Positions 33,276-43,658 of a DNA stretch of 64,000 nt are shown here, piece after piece. Source of the stretch: Candidatus Rokuibacteriota bacterium (GTDB lineage Bacteria > Methylomirabilota > Methylomirabilia > Rokubacteriales > CSP1-6); NCBI GenBank assembly GCA_003220475.1, contig QHSO01000015.1, positions 12,479-76,478 of the forward strand, in the 5' to 3' direction. How positions within the stretch are numbered: the first letter of the stretch is position 1; every line of letters starts with the position of its first letter. The position numbers and the translations under genes were made by a program. Under the pieces are notes generated by a model that was not told the origin of the DNA, made no database searches, and worked only from the letters and a program-made list of their open reading frames with translations.

Positions 33276-34352
33276 TCAGCGCAACTCGAAGACCACCGGC
33301 ATCAGCACGCGCAGTGCGCGCGGCCGGATGTCGGGCGGGAACGGCACGCGTCCGAGGCCGCGCGCCGCCTCCAGCGCGGCCGCGTCGAGCACCGCATGCG
33401 ACGACGAGCGGACCAGCCGTACGTCGTTCACACGACCGGTCGCCTCGAGGGCGATTTCGAGTTCGACCGTGCCAGTGAGCCCGCGCCGGCGCGCCGCCGC
33501 CGGATACTCGAGCGCCTCGTGCAATCGCCGCCGCAGGGCGGCAAGATACGGGCCGTAGCCACCGAGCCCGGCGTCGCCGGGAATCGCGAGCGCAAGCGGA
33601 CCGTCGCCCGGCGCGCCGCCACCGGGCGTGGAGGCGCCGGCCGCCGTCGCGCCGTTGTCTCCGCGTGAGCCATTGCTGCTCGCGCTGCGTCCGCCGTGCA
33701 AGGCGCCGGTATCGCCGAGCGACGACGTCGGGTCCGGCGGCGCCGCTCGCGCGTGTGCACCCGGCGCGGGTGTCGGTCCGGCGTCCGGGTGGACCGACGC
33801 TGACGTGTTCGTGGGCGTCACCGAGGTCGCCGGCGGTGGCGCGGGCGCGACGGCTGGTGGCGGCGTCGATCGCTCGGCGTCGTCACGAGCGACGGCGGTC
33901 GGTGGCGCGGCGGCGACGAGCGGCGCTGGCGATGCGGATGGCGGTGACGCGGTCGCGGTTTGCGGCCCGGCGCTTGCCGGCGGTGCCGCGAGAGCCCATG
34001 GCGCCGCAGCGCTCGTCGGCGGCGCCGACGTCACCGGCGGCGTGGCGGTCACCGGCGGCGACGCGAGCTCGCGAACCGCCGCGGCGCCGGCCCCGCGCGA
34101 TGCCGCGCGAGTATCGCGGGCGAGGCCGGAAGCCGGCGCCGATCGTCCCGGCGAGCGATGTGGCTGCGGCGCTGCCGGCCGCGCGCGGTTACCGGCCCGC
34201 AGAGACTCCGAGCGCTCTGGCGCGTCGGATTCGATCAGCCGCATGTCGATGAAGAGCGCCGGCTCTGCGAAATCGCGCGCGAGCCACACGGCGGCGCCGA
34301 ACGCCGCGTGAATCGCGAGCGAGACCGGCAGCCAGCGCGCCGCCGTGATCAC
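33276..34352 (-). CDS. tonB: TonB-family energy transducer
   Basis: An N-terminal transmembrane helix is followed by a long Pro/Ala-rich linker. The C-terminal TonB domain reads YPAAARRRGLTGTVELEIALEATGRVNDVRLVRSSSHAVLDAAALEA. The GTG start forms a GTGA overlap. Confidence 0.8.
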   Translation of the reverse strand: MITAARWLPVSLAIHAAFGAAVWLARDFAEPALFIDMRLIESDAPERSESLRAGNRARPAAPQPHRSPGRSAPASGLARDTRAASRGAGAAAVRELASPPVTATPPVTSAPPTSAAAPWALAAPPASAGPQTATASPPSASPAPLVAAAPPTAVARDDAERSTPPPAVAPAPPPATSVTPTNTSASVHPDAGPTPAPGAHARAAPPDPTSSLGDTGALHGGRSASSNGSRGDNGATAAGASTPGGGAPGDGPLALAIPGDAGLGGYGPYLAALRRRLHEALEYPAAARRRGLTGTVELEIALEATGRVNDVRLVRSSSHAVLDAAALEAARGLGRVPFPPDIRPRALRVLMPVVFELR

Positions 34353-35029
34353 GCCGACGCACCTCCCTGCACCGCATGGTGATCGGCGATCCAGCGCCGC
34401 ACGCCGGTCTCCAGCGCGACGCGCGTTGCAGACGCCGCCGCCCAGCCGAGCGCGGTGAGCGGTCCTCCGTACCGACAGCGCGGGCCGCGCGCTGTCGCGG
34501 CCACGACGATGGCGTCCGACGAGGTGCCGGTGGCGGGACGGCCGTCGTCACAGCGCACGCCCGCCGTGCGAAGGACGTCGGTTTTCACCTCGGTCAGCGT
34601 CATGACCAGATTGACGAGCGCCGCGGGCTCGGGGTCGGCGTCCAGCACGGCGATCGTATTGATCGTCGCGGGCAGCGGCTCGGCGCGCGGGCTCAGACCG
34701 GCCGCGCTCGGATTGCTGAGACCGACGGTGGCGACGACGAGCGCACGCACGTCGTCGGCCTCCGCGGTCGCCATCTCCGCTCGCTCCGTCCACGCGCCGG
34801 TCAGGAGACCAACCCACGGCGCCGGAACGCCGAGGCGGCGGGCGGCGTCGGCCACCGCCCCCGCCGCGTCGGCGCAAAGGAAGTTCTTCGGCACGTGCAC
34901 GTTGAGGACGCTGCGCGCGCGGGCGAACCCGCCGCCGACGACGGCCGACGAGAGCACGATGAGCTCGCGCTCGGCGGTCACGACGACGGCCTCCGGCCCC
35001 ACCCGCGTTGCGACGCCCTCGAGACTCAC
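34349..35029 (-). CDS. cbiZ: adenosylcobinamide amidohydrolase CbiZ
   Basis: 226 aa. The motifs LSSAVVGGG, LLTGA, TVGLSN, INTIAVLD and LTEVKT are consistent with the CbiZ family as I recall it. The GTG start forms a GTGA overlap with the btuB stop. Confidence 0.8.
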   Translation of the reverse strand: MSLEGVATRVGPEAVVVTAERELIVLSSAVVGGGFARARSVLNVHVPKNFLCADAAGAVADAARRLGVPAPWVGLLTGAWTERAEMATAEADDVRALVVATVGLSNPSAAGLSPRAEPLPATINTIAVLDADPEPAALVNLVMTLTEVKTDVLRTAGVRCDDGRPATGTSSDAIVVAATARGPRCRYGGPLTALGWAAASATRVALETGVRRWIADHHAVQGGASA

Positions 35030-36924
35030 TCGAACGCCACCCGCACGCCGCCGATCCCGGTGATCCCGAGCGCCGGGAACCCGCGCACCTCCTGATACGA
35101 CTCGTTGGCGACGTTCTGAATCCGCGCCGTGAGGTCGACGTATTTCACGTGGCCCCACCGCTCGAGCATCCGATAACTACCGCCGAGATCCAGCCGTGTG
35201 TAGCCGCTGGCGTAGATGTTGCCGAGGCTCTCCCACTGGCGAGTGACGATGTGCAGCTCGGTCCACAGCGAGAGCGGCTTTATAGGCTGCCACGCGACCC
35301 GGGCATTCCAGCGATGCCGCGGCTCCCGCGGCAGCCACGTGTGGGCGTCCATGTCCTTGGTCTCCGTGTACGTGTAGTTCACGCCGACCCGGAGGTTGTC
35401 CAGCAAATCGGCCTCGCTCGTGAACTCGAGACCTTCGCTGCGAGCCCGACCGATGTTCGCCGTCGCGACGAATGGCGGAACCGCCAGGGGCACGCAGCAC
35501 CTGATCAGGTTGGTGAAGGAGTTCTTGAAGACGGTGGCGTCGAGGCGGATGCGATTGCCCCAGAGCTTCTGCTCGATGCCGGCGTCCCACGAGAAGCTCT
35601 TTTCAGGCTCCAGCGCCGGATTCGAGAAGCCCGGGAAGAACAAATCGTTGAACGTCGGCGCGCGGAAGCCGGAGCCGGCGCCGCCGTGAATCCGCGTGCC
35701 CGTCTCCTTGATCAGGAACGACAGCGAGCCGCGCTCGGTCACGGACCTGCCGAAGACGTCGTTGTCCTCGACGCGCACGCCGGCGGCCATGAACAGGCGA
35801 TCGAAGAATCGGAACTGCTGCTGAAAGAGACCGGAGACCGTCTCCGTTTTCGGGCCGAAGCCGTTCGTGCCCTGCACGTCGGCGGACTCCCACCGGTACT
35901 CGACGCCGAACGTGCTCGTCGACCACGAGCCGACGTGGAAATGATTGAGCCACTCCACCTCGCGCCGCTCGACCTTGAAGAGCCCGGAAAAGTCGCAGGG
36001 CGGCCCAAAGGTGATCGGCGGGCACGGGAACGGGTCCGGCGGATCGATGAACTTCTGCCGGTTCCAGTACCGCCCGACGCGCATGTCGCTCTCCCACCAC
36101 GAGACGGGCCGGGTGTGCGCGGCGAGATTGATGATCAGTGTCTCCGTCTCCTGCCGCGTGTTCGGGTCGATCGTTGGCACGATCGGCTGCGGATTCGCGA
36201 CGAATTCGATCGGCACGCCCGTGTCCGTCTTGTTCCAGCGGAGCGCCATCCAGACGTCGGTGTTGCCCGGCAACGCCAGGCCCACGCGCGTGTTGAACGA
36301 GTCCTGATTTACGCCGTCGTTGATCGTCTGGCCGTTCGACTCGAAGTGACCGAAGGCGAACGCGTAATCGAAGATGCCCTGGGAGCCCGAAAAACCTGTC
36401 CCCGACCGCAGCGTGTCGTAGTTGCCGACCTCCTGCGTGCCCCACAGGCTGAACGGGCCCTTGCCTCGGCGCGTGATGACGTTGACCACGCCGCCGATCG
36501 CGTCCGCGCCGTAGAGCGTCGATTGCGGACCGCGAATGACCTCGATGCGCTCGATCAGCTCGGGCGAGAGGTCGGAGAGATCGACCTGACCGAGCGTGGG
36601 ACTCTTCACGCGCATGCCATCGACGAGCACCTGCACCTGATTGGGGTTGGCGCCGCGGATCGAGATCGCGGTCGTCTTGCCGAAGCTCCCGGAGCGTCGG
36701 ATCTCGACACCCGGCACACCACGGAGCGCCTCGTCCACCGTCGGATAACGCCGGGTGTCGATGTCGTCACCGGGAATCACCGTCACCGACGCGCCGAGCT
36801 GCTCGGCCGGCGTCTCGAGCCGCGTCGCCGTCACCACCACGGGCTCGGCCTGCTTGACCTCTTGCGCTGCGACGATGTTCGTCACGAGCGCGAGCACCAG
36901 GACCATCATTGCTGTCCGGACCAT
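35026..36924 (-). CDS. btuB: TonB-dependent outer-membrane receptor, BtuB-like
   Basis: The signal peptide is followed by the TonB box EPVVVTATR. The plug domain motifs are IRGANPNQVQVLVDG and IEVIRGPQSTLYG, and the protein ends in a C-terminal aromatic residue. AAGGAG is the RBS. A cobalamin riboswitch lies directly upstream. Confidence 0.88.
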   Translation of the reverse strand: MVRTAMMVLVLALVTNIVAAQEVKQAEPVVVTATRLETPAEQLGASVTVIPGDDIDTRRYPTVDEALRGVPGVEIRRSGSFGKTTAISIRGANPNQVQVLVDGMRVKSPTLGQVDLSDLSPELIERIEVIRGPQSTLYGADAIGGVVNVITRRGKGPFSLWGTQEVGNYDTLRSGTGFSGSQGIFDYAFAFGHFESNGQTINDGVNQDSFNTRVGLALPGNTDVWMALRWNKTDTGVPIEFVANPQPIVPTIDPNTRQETETLIINLAAHTRPVSWWESDMRVGRYWNRQKFIDPPDPFPCPPITFGPPCDFSGLFKVERREVEWLNHFHVGSWSTSTFGVEYRWESADVQGTNGFGPKTETVSGLFQQQFRFFDRLFMAAGVRVEDNDVFGRSVTERGSLSFLIKETGTRIHGGAGSGFRAPTFNDLFFPGFSNPALEPEKSFSWDAGIEQKLWGNRIRLDATVFKNSFTNLIRCCVPLAVPPFVATANIGRARSEGLEFTSEADLLDNLRVGVNYTYTETKDMDAHTWLPREPRHRWNARVAWQPIKPLSLWTELHIVTRQWESLGNIYASGYTRLDLGGSYRMLERWGHVKYVDLTARIQNVANESYQEVRGFPALGITGIGGVRVAFE

Positions 36925-36960
36925 GCGCCACTCCTTTTCTGCGAAAGGGTTGGACGACCC

Positions 36961-37131
36961 GCTCCGGGCAGGTTTCCTGACTCGTGGATCGACGCGACCG
37001 CCCATGCCTTCCCATCGCGTGTTGCAGCTCGCGACAGTGGCTCCCGCGTAACTTTTGGACCTGGACGGCGCTCCCCACTCACAGTGGCGCGACCGTGCCG
37101 GCATCTCACCGGCTTCCCTCGCACCCGGAGC
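36961..37131 (-). promoter_or_regulatory. cobalamin riboswitch upstream of btuB
   Basis: The minus strand reads GCTCCGGG...GGGAAGCCGGTGAGATGCCGGCACGGTCGCGCCACTGTGA...GGGAGCCACTG...GGGAAGGC...GAGTCAGGAAACCTGCCCGGAGC. This includes the B12 box and a closing P1 helix GCTCCGGG/CCCGGAGC. Confidence 0.85.
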
Positions 37132-37155
37132 GCGTGAGCACGAACGACTTGCCTC

Positions 37156-37962
37156 TCACCCCCTGTCGTACGCGAGCTGCACGACCGGGCGGCCGCTCGC
37201 GCTCTTGTCGACGATGACCCGACAACCGAACACGTCCTCGAGCAGCCCCTGCTCCAGCACGTCGATGGGCGCGCCCGCTCGCGCGATCTCGCCGGCGCGT
37301 AGCAGCAGCAGACGATCGCAGAGCTCGGCCGCCAGGTTGAGATCGTGCGAGACGAGCAGGATCGTCATGCCGCTCTCGCGATTCAACCGCCTCAGCAGCG
37401 CTGCCGTCTCGGCCTGATAGCGCAGATCGAGGTGCGCGGTGGGCTCGTCGAGAACGAGCAGGCGTGGCTCCTGCGCCAGCGCGCGCGCCAGCAGCGCACG
37501 CTGACGCTCGCCACCGGAGAGCTGATCGAGCGGCAAGGCGCCCAGTGCGAGCGTCTCGGTGGCGAGCATGGCCGCGCGCGCCGCCGCCACGTCGGCGGCG
37601 TCCTCGAAGAAGCGGCGCGGGGCGTGGGGATAGCGTCCCATCAGCACCAGCTGCGCGACCGTGAACGGAAACGGCCGTGGAGCGTCCTGCGGCACCACCG
37701 CGATCGCGCGCGCCAGCTCCCACGGCGGCAGCGCCTCGAGCGGCCGGCCGTCGAGGCGGATCTCGCCGCGCTGCGACCGCACCACGCGCGTGAGCAGGCG
37801 CAGGAGCGACGTCTTGCCGGCGCTGTTGGGACCGATGACGCCGAAGATCTCGCCCCGCTCGATCGCGAACGAGAGCCCGGGGAACGCGAACGCGCGCGCG
37901 CGACGTTCGGCCGGACGCGCATAGGCGAAGACCACGTCGCGGAACTCGATCAGCCCGCTCAT
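37156..37962 (-). CDS. btuD: ABC ATP-binding protein of a FecCD/BtuCD-type importer
   Basis: Walker A GPNSAGKTS, signature LSGGERQR and Walker B LLVLDEPTAHLD are present. The ATG at 37962 forms an ATGA overlap. Confidence 0.85.
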   Translation of the reverse strand: MSGLIEFRDVVFAYARPAERRARAFAFPGLSFAIERGEIFGVIGPNSAGKTSLLRLLTRVVRSQRGEIRLDGRPLEALPPWELARAIAVVPQDAPRPFPFTVAQLVLMGRYPHAPRRFFEDAADVAAARAAMLATETLALGALPLDQLSGGERQRALLARALAQEPRLLVLDEPTAHLDLRYQAETAALLRRLNRESGMTILLVSHDLNLAAELCDRLLLLRAGEIARAGAPIDVLEQGLLEDVFGCRVIVDKSASGRPVVQLAYDRG

Positions 37963-38972
37963 GCCGGGCGACTCCGCGTGCGCAGCACCCACACGAAGAA
38001 CGGCGCGCCGCAGAACGCGGTGATGACGCCGACGGAAAGCTCCGCGGGCGCTACGACATTGCGGGCCAGCGTGTCGGCGGCGAGCAGGAACGCGCCGCCG
38101 GCGAGCGCCGACGTCGGCACGAGCAGCCGGTTGTCGTGGCCCACCAGACCTCGCAGCACGTGCGGCACGATCAGCCCGACGAAGCCGATCGGTCCCGTGA
38201 ACGCGACGACGGTGCCCGTGAGCAGCGCGGCCGCTATGAACACCTGCCGCTTGAGCCGCTCGGCGTCCACGCCCAGCTGGCTCGCCGCCTCCTCACCCAG
38301 CGCCAGGAGATTCAGCTCGCGCGCGCGGGTCAGAATGAGCCACATGCCACCAGCCGCGAGCGCCGCGAACAGCGCCAGCGACGCGGCGGGGATCGGCGCC
38401 AGGTTACCGAGCAGCCAGTGGATCACGCCGCTGAGGCGGTTGAAGTCCACGAGCGAGATGATCACGGTGATCGCGGCCGAGAAGAAGATGCCGACGATGA
38501 CGCCGGCCAGGAGCAGCGTCTGCACCGCGAGCCCGCCCGGCGCGGTGGCGACGAGGTACACGACCGACGCCGCGAGCAGCGCGCCGGCGAACGCGAACAC
38601 CGCGACGCCGAGCGCGGCCACGACGCCGGCCTGCAGGCCGAGGATCTGCGCGAGCACCACGCCGAAGGCGGCGCCGCTCGACACGCCGAGCACCGAGGGC
38701 TCGGCGAGCGGGTTGCGCGTCAACGCCTGGAAGCCGACGCCGGCCACGGCGAGCGCGCCGCCGGCGAGCACCGCCACGGCGACGCGCGGTAGTCGAAGGC
38801 TCAGCGTCACGATCGCCTCCACCGACGACGCCTCGGCGCGACCGGCGAGCGCGCGCGCGACCGCCGCCGGCGAGAGCCCGGCGCTGCCGACGAACAGCGC
38901 GGCCACGCCGAGCGCGAGCAGCACGACGGCGAGCGCGGCCAGCACGCTGACGAGACGCCGGGCGTCGTTCAC
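37959..38972 (-). CDS. btuC: FecCD-family permease (BtuC-like)
   Basis: 337 aa with about 10 transmembrane helices. The motif is GPIGFVGLIVPH. The GTG start forms a GTGA overlap. Confidence 0.85.
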   Translation of the reverse strand: MNDARRLVSVLAALAVVLLALGVAALFVGSAGLSPAAVARALAGRAEASSVEAIVTLSLRLPRVAVAVLAGGALAVAGVGFQALTRNPLAEPSVLGVSSGAAFGVVLAQILGLQAGVVAALGVAVFAFAGALLAASVVYLVATAPGGLAVQTLLLAGVIVGIFFSAAITVIISLVDFNRLSGVIHWLLGNLAPIPAASLALFAALAAGGMWLILTRARELNLLALGEEAASQLGVDAERLKRQVFIAAALLTGTVVAFTGPIGFVGLIVPHVLRGLVGHDNRLLVPTSALAGGAFLLAADTLARNVVAPAELSVGVITAFCGAPFFVWVLRTRSRPA

Positions 38973-39850
38973 TTGAAGGCCTCGGGATGGATCATGCGCG
39001 CCAGGATCTCCAGCCCCTCGGGCACGCGCGGCCCATAGCGGTGCAGGATCGACAGATCGACGGAGTAGAGGCGCCCCGCCCGGATCGCGGGCACGCTCGT
39101 CAGCGTCTGCCACTTCTCGGGCGCGGCGCGGCCTGCGGTCGACGCGCCGCTGGAATGATCGGCCAGCACGATCACCTCGGGCGCGCGCGCGACCGCCGCC
39201 TCGATGCTGAAGCGCACGTAGCTCACCGGCTCGGCCGCGGTGATCGAATGGCCTCCCGCCAGCTCGATCATCTCCGTCAGATGGGAGTCACGACCCGGCA
39301 CGAGCAGCGGATCCGGCCAGAGCACGTAGAGCACGCGCGGCGCCGGCAGCCCGCTCACGCGCTCGCGGACGGCCTCGATGCGTCGCCGGATGCCGCCGAC
39401 GAGCGGCGCGACCGCGTCGGTCCGCCCGGTGAGCTCGCCGACACGCGTGATGAGCTCGTACATCTCGGCGACACGACGCGCGTGGACGACGTAGACGGGA
39501 ATACCGAGCCGCCTCAGCTGCAGGAACGTCTCTTCGCGATTGCCCTCGTCGGTGCCCACAACGAGGTCGGGCTTGAGCGCGACAATGGCCTCGAGACTCG
39601 GATTGATCATGCCACCCACGCGCGGCTTGGCGCGCGCGGCGGGCGGCCAGTCGCAGAAGTCGCTCACCCCGACTAGGCGCGCCTCGCCGCCGAGCGCGAA
39701 GGCGGTCTCGGTCACGCTCGGCACGAGGGAGACGATGCGCGCCGGCGGCGCCGCCAGACTCACGTCGCGGCCGAGCATGTCGCGCACCACGAGCGCGTGC
39801 GCCGGCGACGCCAGCAGGAACATGGCGAGCACGGCGGCGGCGCGGATCAC
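38969..39850 (-). CDS. btuF: periplasmic cobalamin/siderophore-type binding protein (BtuF-like)
   Basis: The signal peptide is followed by RIVSLVPSVTETAFALG, LKPDLVV and other class III substrate-binding-protein patterns. The GTG start forms a GTGA overlap with the cobQ stop. Confidence 0.8.
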   Translation of the reverse strand: MIRAAAVLAMFLLASPAHALVVRDMLGRDVSLAAPPARIVSLVPSVTETAFALGGEARLVGVSDFCDWPPAARAKPRVGGMINPSLEAIVALKPDLVVGTDEGNREETFLQLRRLGIPVYVVHARRVAEMYELITRVGELTGRTDAVAPLVGGIRRRIEAVRERVSGLPAPRVLYVLWPDPLLVPGRDSHLTEMIELAGGHSITAAEPVSYVRFSIEAAVARAPEVIVLADHSSGASTAGRAAPEKWQTLTSVPAIRAGRLYSVDLSILHRYGPRVPEGLEILARMIHPEAFK

Positions 39851-41370
39851 GCGGTCACCACGCTGAGCGGACGGCGCGCGAGGCGGCCGAGCGCGTCGAG
39901 GTCGAGCGCGGCCGCCACGCGATCGGCCAGCCGATCGTAGCGATCGCCGAGCGCGTCGGTGCCCCAGCGCGGATCGGGGGCGACGCCGCGACGCGCGGCC
40001 GCCGCGGTCAGCAGCGCGCGCCGAAGCGGGCCGCTCGAAAAGCAGCCGTGCAGATAGGTGCCGAGCACGCCGCCGGTGCGTCTGCCGTCGACGGCGGCCG
40101 GCGCGTCGCCCACGCGCTCGCCGAGCGCAAACACCGGCGCGCCGCCGCGAACGACCGTCTCTCCGCAATGGATCTCGTAGGCGTCGACGTCGGCGCCGGC
40201 CGCGGCATCGAGCGGGCCGCCGGGGAGGACACGGCCGCGCACGCGCCTCGTGGTCTTCGTCCGAGCGAACGTCGTGACGACGGGCAACAGTCCGAGCCCG
40301 CGCGCGCTGGCGACGTCCGACTCCACATGATCGGGGTCGTCGAGATGCTCGCCGAGCATCTGGTAGCCGCCGCAGATGCCGATGACGACGCGGCCGTCGC
40401 GGGCGGCGCTTGCGGTCGCGCCGTCGAGACGACGGTCGCGAAGCCACGCGAGGTCCGCGACGGTTGTCTTGCTCCCCGGCAAGACGACGACGTCGGCGTC
40501 GGCGAGCGTCTCCGGGCGACTGGCAAAGCGCACGGCGACGCCCGGCTCGGCTGCCAGCGGCTCGAGGTCGTCGAAGTTAGCGATGCGCGGCAGCCGCGGC
40601 ACCGCCACCACGACGCGCGGCTCGCCGATGTCACGCGCGATGCCGTCGAGACCGAGCGAATCCTCTTCGGGGAGTGGCGCCTCACCGAGGTGAGGCACCA
40701 CGCCGAGTATCGGCACGCCGGTTCGCGCGCTGAGCAGATCGAGGCCCGGATCCAGCACGCTCGGGTCACCGCGAAAGCGATTGATGATGAGCCCGGCGAC
40801 GCGCGCGCGGTCCTCGGCAGCCAGCAACGCGAGCGTGCCGATGAGCGCCGCGAACACGCCGCCACGGTCGATGTCGCCGACCAGCAGCACGGGCGCCTCT
40901 GCCAGCGCCGCCACACGCATATTGGCGAGGTCGACGACGAGATTGATCTCGGCCGGGCTGCCGGCGCCCTCGATGACGACGAGGTCGTGCGCCGCGCGCA
41001 GCCGTCCGAGGCTGTCGGCGATCACGCTCCACAGCACCGGCGCGAGCGCGCTGTACTCGCGCCACCGTAGGCTGCCCACCGCGCGACCTCGCACGACGAT
41101 CTGTGAGCGGTCGTCGGCCTCCGGCTTTACCAGGATTGGGTTCATGTCCAGCGTCGGCTCCACGCCCGCGGCGGCCGCCTGGACGGCCTGCGCGCGGCCG
41201 ATCTCGCCGCCGTCGGCCGTGACGGCGGCGTTGAGCGACATGTTCTGCGCCTTGAACGGCGCCACGCGGTAGCCCGCCCGCGCGAAGATCCGACACAGGG
41301 CGGCGACGAGGAGACTCTTGCCGACACCGGAGGCGGTGCCCTGCACCATCAGGCACGGCGCCGCCGTCAT
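39847..41370 (-). CDS. cobQ: cobyric acid synthase
   Basis: 507 aa. The motifs are [24 protein letters not shown] and the GATase region GICGGYQMLG. Confidence 0.93.
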   Translation of the reverse strand: MTAAPCLMVQGTASGVGKSLLVAALCRIFARAGYRVAPFKAQNMSLNAAVTADGGEIGRAQAVQAAAAGVEPTLDMNPILVKPEADDRSQIVVRGRAVGSLRWREYSALAPVLWSVIADSLGRLRAAHDLVVIEGAGSPAEINLVVDLANMRVAALAEAPVLLVGDIDRGGVFAALIGTLALLAAEDRARVAGLIINRFRGDPSVLDPGLDLLSARTGVPILGVVPHLGEAPLPEEDSLGLDGIARDIGEPRVVVAVPRLPRIANFDDLEPLAAEPGVAVRFASRPETLADADVVVLPGSKTTVADLAWLRDRRLDGATASAARDGRVVIGICGGYQMLGEHLDDPDHVESDVASARGLGLLPVVTTFARTKTTRRVRGRVLPGGPLDAAAGADVDAYEIHCGETVVRGGAPVFALGERVGDAPAAVDGRRTGGVLGTYLHGCFSSGPLRRALLTAAAARRGVAPDPRWGTDALGDRYDRLADRVAAALDLDALGRLARRPLSVVTA

Positions 41371-42728
41371 CGCCGCGCCTTCGCGCAGGCGTCGACGAAG
41401 CTCTCCGCGAGAGCGGGATTCGACGCGAAATGCAGGTGCATGTAGCTCAGCAGGGCGCGACCGACGACGTAGCCCTCGGCCCGCGAGGCGCCACCGTGCG
41501 CGGCCACCGTGTATGCGCGGGGTACCGTCGTCGGCACCGCGGTCAGCGTCGAGAAGTGGAACTCATGGCCGCGCGCGCGCGTGCCTGTGGGTCCCAGCAG
41601 CGTCGGCAACGTCAGTGTCACGTCCACGTAGCCGAGTGACATCCGCAGCGGCCGCATCGTCACGTGGCCCGGCAGCACGCCGACCATTTCGTGCGTACGT
41701 CCGTGGGCGTCTTCGAGCGACTCCGCCAGGTACATGAGGCCGCCGCACTCCGCGTAGACGGGACGACCCTCGTCGAGCACGAGGCGCCGCACGCTCTTTC
41801 GGCAGCCCGCGTTGTCCGCGAGTCGCTCGGCGTGGAGCTCGGGATAGCCGCCGCCGAAATAGAGGCCGTCGACGTCCGGCGGCTCGGCGTCGGACAGGGG
41901 GCTCCACTCGACCAGCGCCGCGCCCATCGCGCGCAGCAGGTCGAGGTTCTCGGCGTAGTAAAACTGGAACGCCGGATCACGCGCGATCCCGATCGTCACC
42001 CGGGGGCGGACCACGACGCGCGGCGGCACGTCGAATGCGCGCGACGGGGCGAGCGCCAGCAGATGATCGAGCTCCAAACCCCGCTCGACGGCATTGGCCA
42101 TCCGCTCGAGGCGGGCGCGATCGAGCAGGCCTTCGGCGGCGGTCGCGAGGCCGAGATAGCGCTCCGGCATCGCCCAGCACGTGTCCTCGCGAGCGATGCC
42201 GCCGAGGGGGACGGCGCGGCACGTCGCGCGGATCGCCTCCATCACCGAGCGTGCGTGTGCCTCGCCACCAACGCGGTTGAGGATGGTGGCGGCGACATTC
42301 AGGGCAGGATCGAAGCGTTCGAAGCCCAGCACCGTCGCCGCGGCGCTGCGCGCCTGGGCGGAGGCGTCGACGACGAGGACGACCGGCGCGCCGAGCCACT
42401 TGGCGATCTCCGCGGTCGATCCGGTGTCGTTGCTCGTGTCGGCGCCATCGAAGCAGCCCATGACTCCCTCGACGATCGCGACGTCGGCGTCCGCCGCGTG
42501 ACGCGCGACGGTGGCCATGACGGTCTCGCGACCGCACATCCAACCATCGAGGTTGTACGAGGGCCGGCCGCTGGCCACCGCGTGCAGACCCGCGTCGATG
42601 AAGTCGGGCCCGACCTTGAACGGCTGCACGACGAGCCCGCGGCGCCTGAGCGCAGCCAGCAGCCCAAGCGTGATCGACGTCTTGCCGACGCCGCTCGCGG
42701 TACCGGCGACGACGAGGACGCGCGTCAC
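41367..42728 (-). CDS. cbiA: cobyrinate a,c-diamide synthase
   Basis: 453 aa. The motifs are [35 protein letters not shown] and HEFH. The GTG at 42728 forms a GTGA overlap with the stop of the cobT C-terminal frame. Confidence 0.88.
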   Translation of the reverse strand: MTRVLVVAGTASGVGKTSITLGLLAALRRRGLVVQPFKVGPDFIDAGLHAVASGRPSYNLDGWMCGRETVMATVARHAADADVAIVEGVMGCFDGADTSNDTGSTAEIAKWLGAPVVLVVDASAQARSAAATVLGFERFDPALNVAATILNRVGGEAHARSVMEAIRATCRAVPLGGIAREDTCWAMPERYLGLATAAEGLLDRARLERMANAVERGLELDHLLALAPSRAFDVPPRVVVRPRVTIGIARDPAFQFYYAENLDLLRAMGAALVEWSPLSDAEPPDVDGLYFGGGYPELHAERLADNAGCRKSVRRLVLDEGRPVYAECGGLMYLAESLEDAHGRTHEMVGVLPGHVTMRPLRMSLGYVDVTLTLPTLLGPTGTRARGHEFHFSTLTAVPTTVPRAYTVAAHGGASRAEGYVVGRALLSYMHLHFASNPALAESFVDACAKARR

Positions 42729-43658
42729 GCCGGACCATCCACGCCGGCGGATTTGAACGTGGCCATCTCCGTGTAGAGCCGCGCGGCCGCGCGCGCGAGG
42801 TGCACGAACAGCGCGGCGCCCGTTCCCTCGCCGAGCCGCAGACCGAGGTCGAGATAGGGCACGAGCGCGAGATGCGCGAGCGCGCGGGCGTGGCCGGGCT
42901 CCGCCGAGCGATGCGAGGCGAACATCGCATGAACCGAGGCAGGGGCGATCGTGGCCGCCACCGGGGTCGGGCCGATTCAGCGCGAGGGCGCGCTGCACGG
43001 CGTCGACCTTGCGCCGCCAGCCGTCGTCATCCACGCCGGTGCCGCGTCCGGTAACACCCTCGGGGTCCGCGCCCGTGATCGCCGCGGTGATCGCGCTCGC
43101 CGCCGTCGTGTTGCCGATGCCCATCTCACCGGTCGCGACCAGATCGGCGCCCGCATCGATCGCGCTCGAGACCAGCCGCGCACCGCGCTCGATCGCGGCC
43201 TCCGCCTGCGCGTGCGTCATGGCGGGACCGCGCGTCATGTTCGCGGTGCCGGCGGCGAGCGGACAGCGGACCAGCGCCTGATCGCGCTCCGGCGAGCCGC
43301 CGATCGGGTTGGCCACACCAAAGTCCGCGACGATCACGCGCGCCGAGCAGTCGCGCGCAAGGACATTGACCGCGGCGCCGCCGCGGACGAAGTTCTCGAC
43401 CATCTGCGCGGTCACCGACTGCGGATAGGCGCTCACGCCCTCCGCGACGACGCCGTGATCCGCGGCGAAGGTAAAGATCACCGGCTGCGCCACGCGCGGC
43501 GGCGCCCCCCGCAGCGCGAACATCCGCACAGCCAGCTCCTCGAGCCGACCCAGGCTGCCGGGAGGCTTCGTCAGCGCGTCGAGATGGCGCTGGGCCTCGG
43601 CGGCAGCGGCCGCGGGCGGCGCGACGATCGCCTCGACCAGCGCGCGCAGGCCGCTCAC
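42725..43658 (-). pseudogene. cobT: nicotinate-nucleotide--dimethylbenzimidazole phosphoribosyltransferase CobT, interrupted by an internal deletion and frameshift
   Basis: The N-terminal ~228 codons (KPPGSLGRLEELA...GEMGIGNTT...[10 protein letters not shown]) are in one frame. The C-terminal 78 codons ([23 protein letters not shown]...[10 protein letters not shown]) are in another. About 40 residues expected between them are absent. Confidence 0.8.

Noticed and set aside
41367-43658. A 763-aa ORF that looks like a natural CobT-CbiA fusion protein
   Set aside because: The middle ~90 residues are Arg/Ala-rich nonsense. The real CobT C-terminus is in another frame (42725-42961) and ends in a GTGA overlap with a normal cbiA GTG start. 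The fusion is a by-product of the cobT frameshift.
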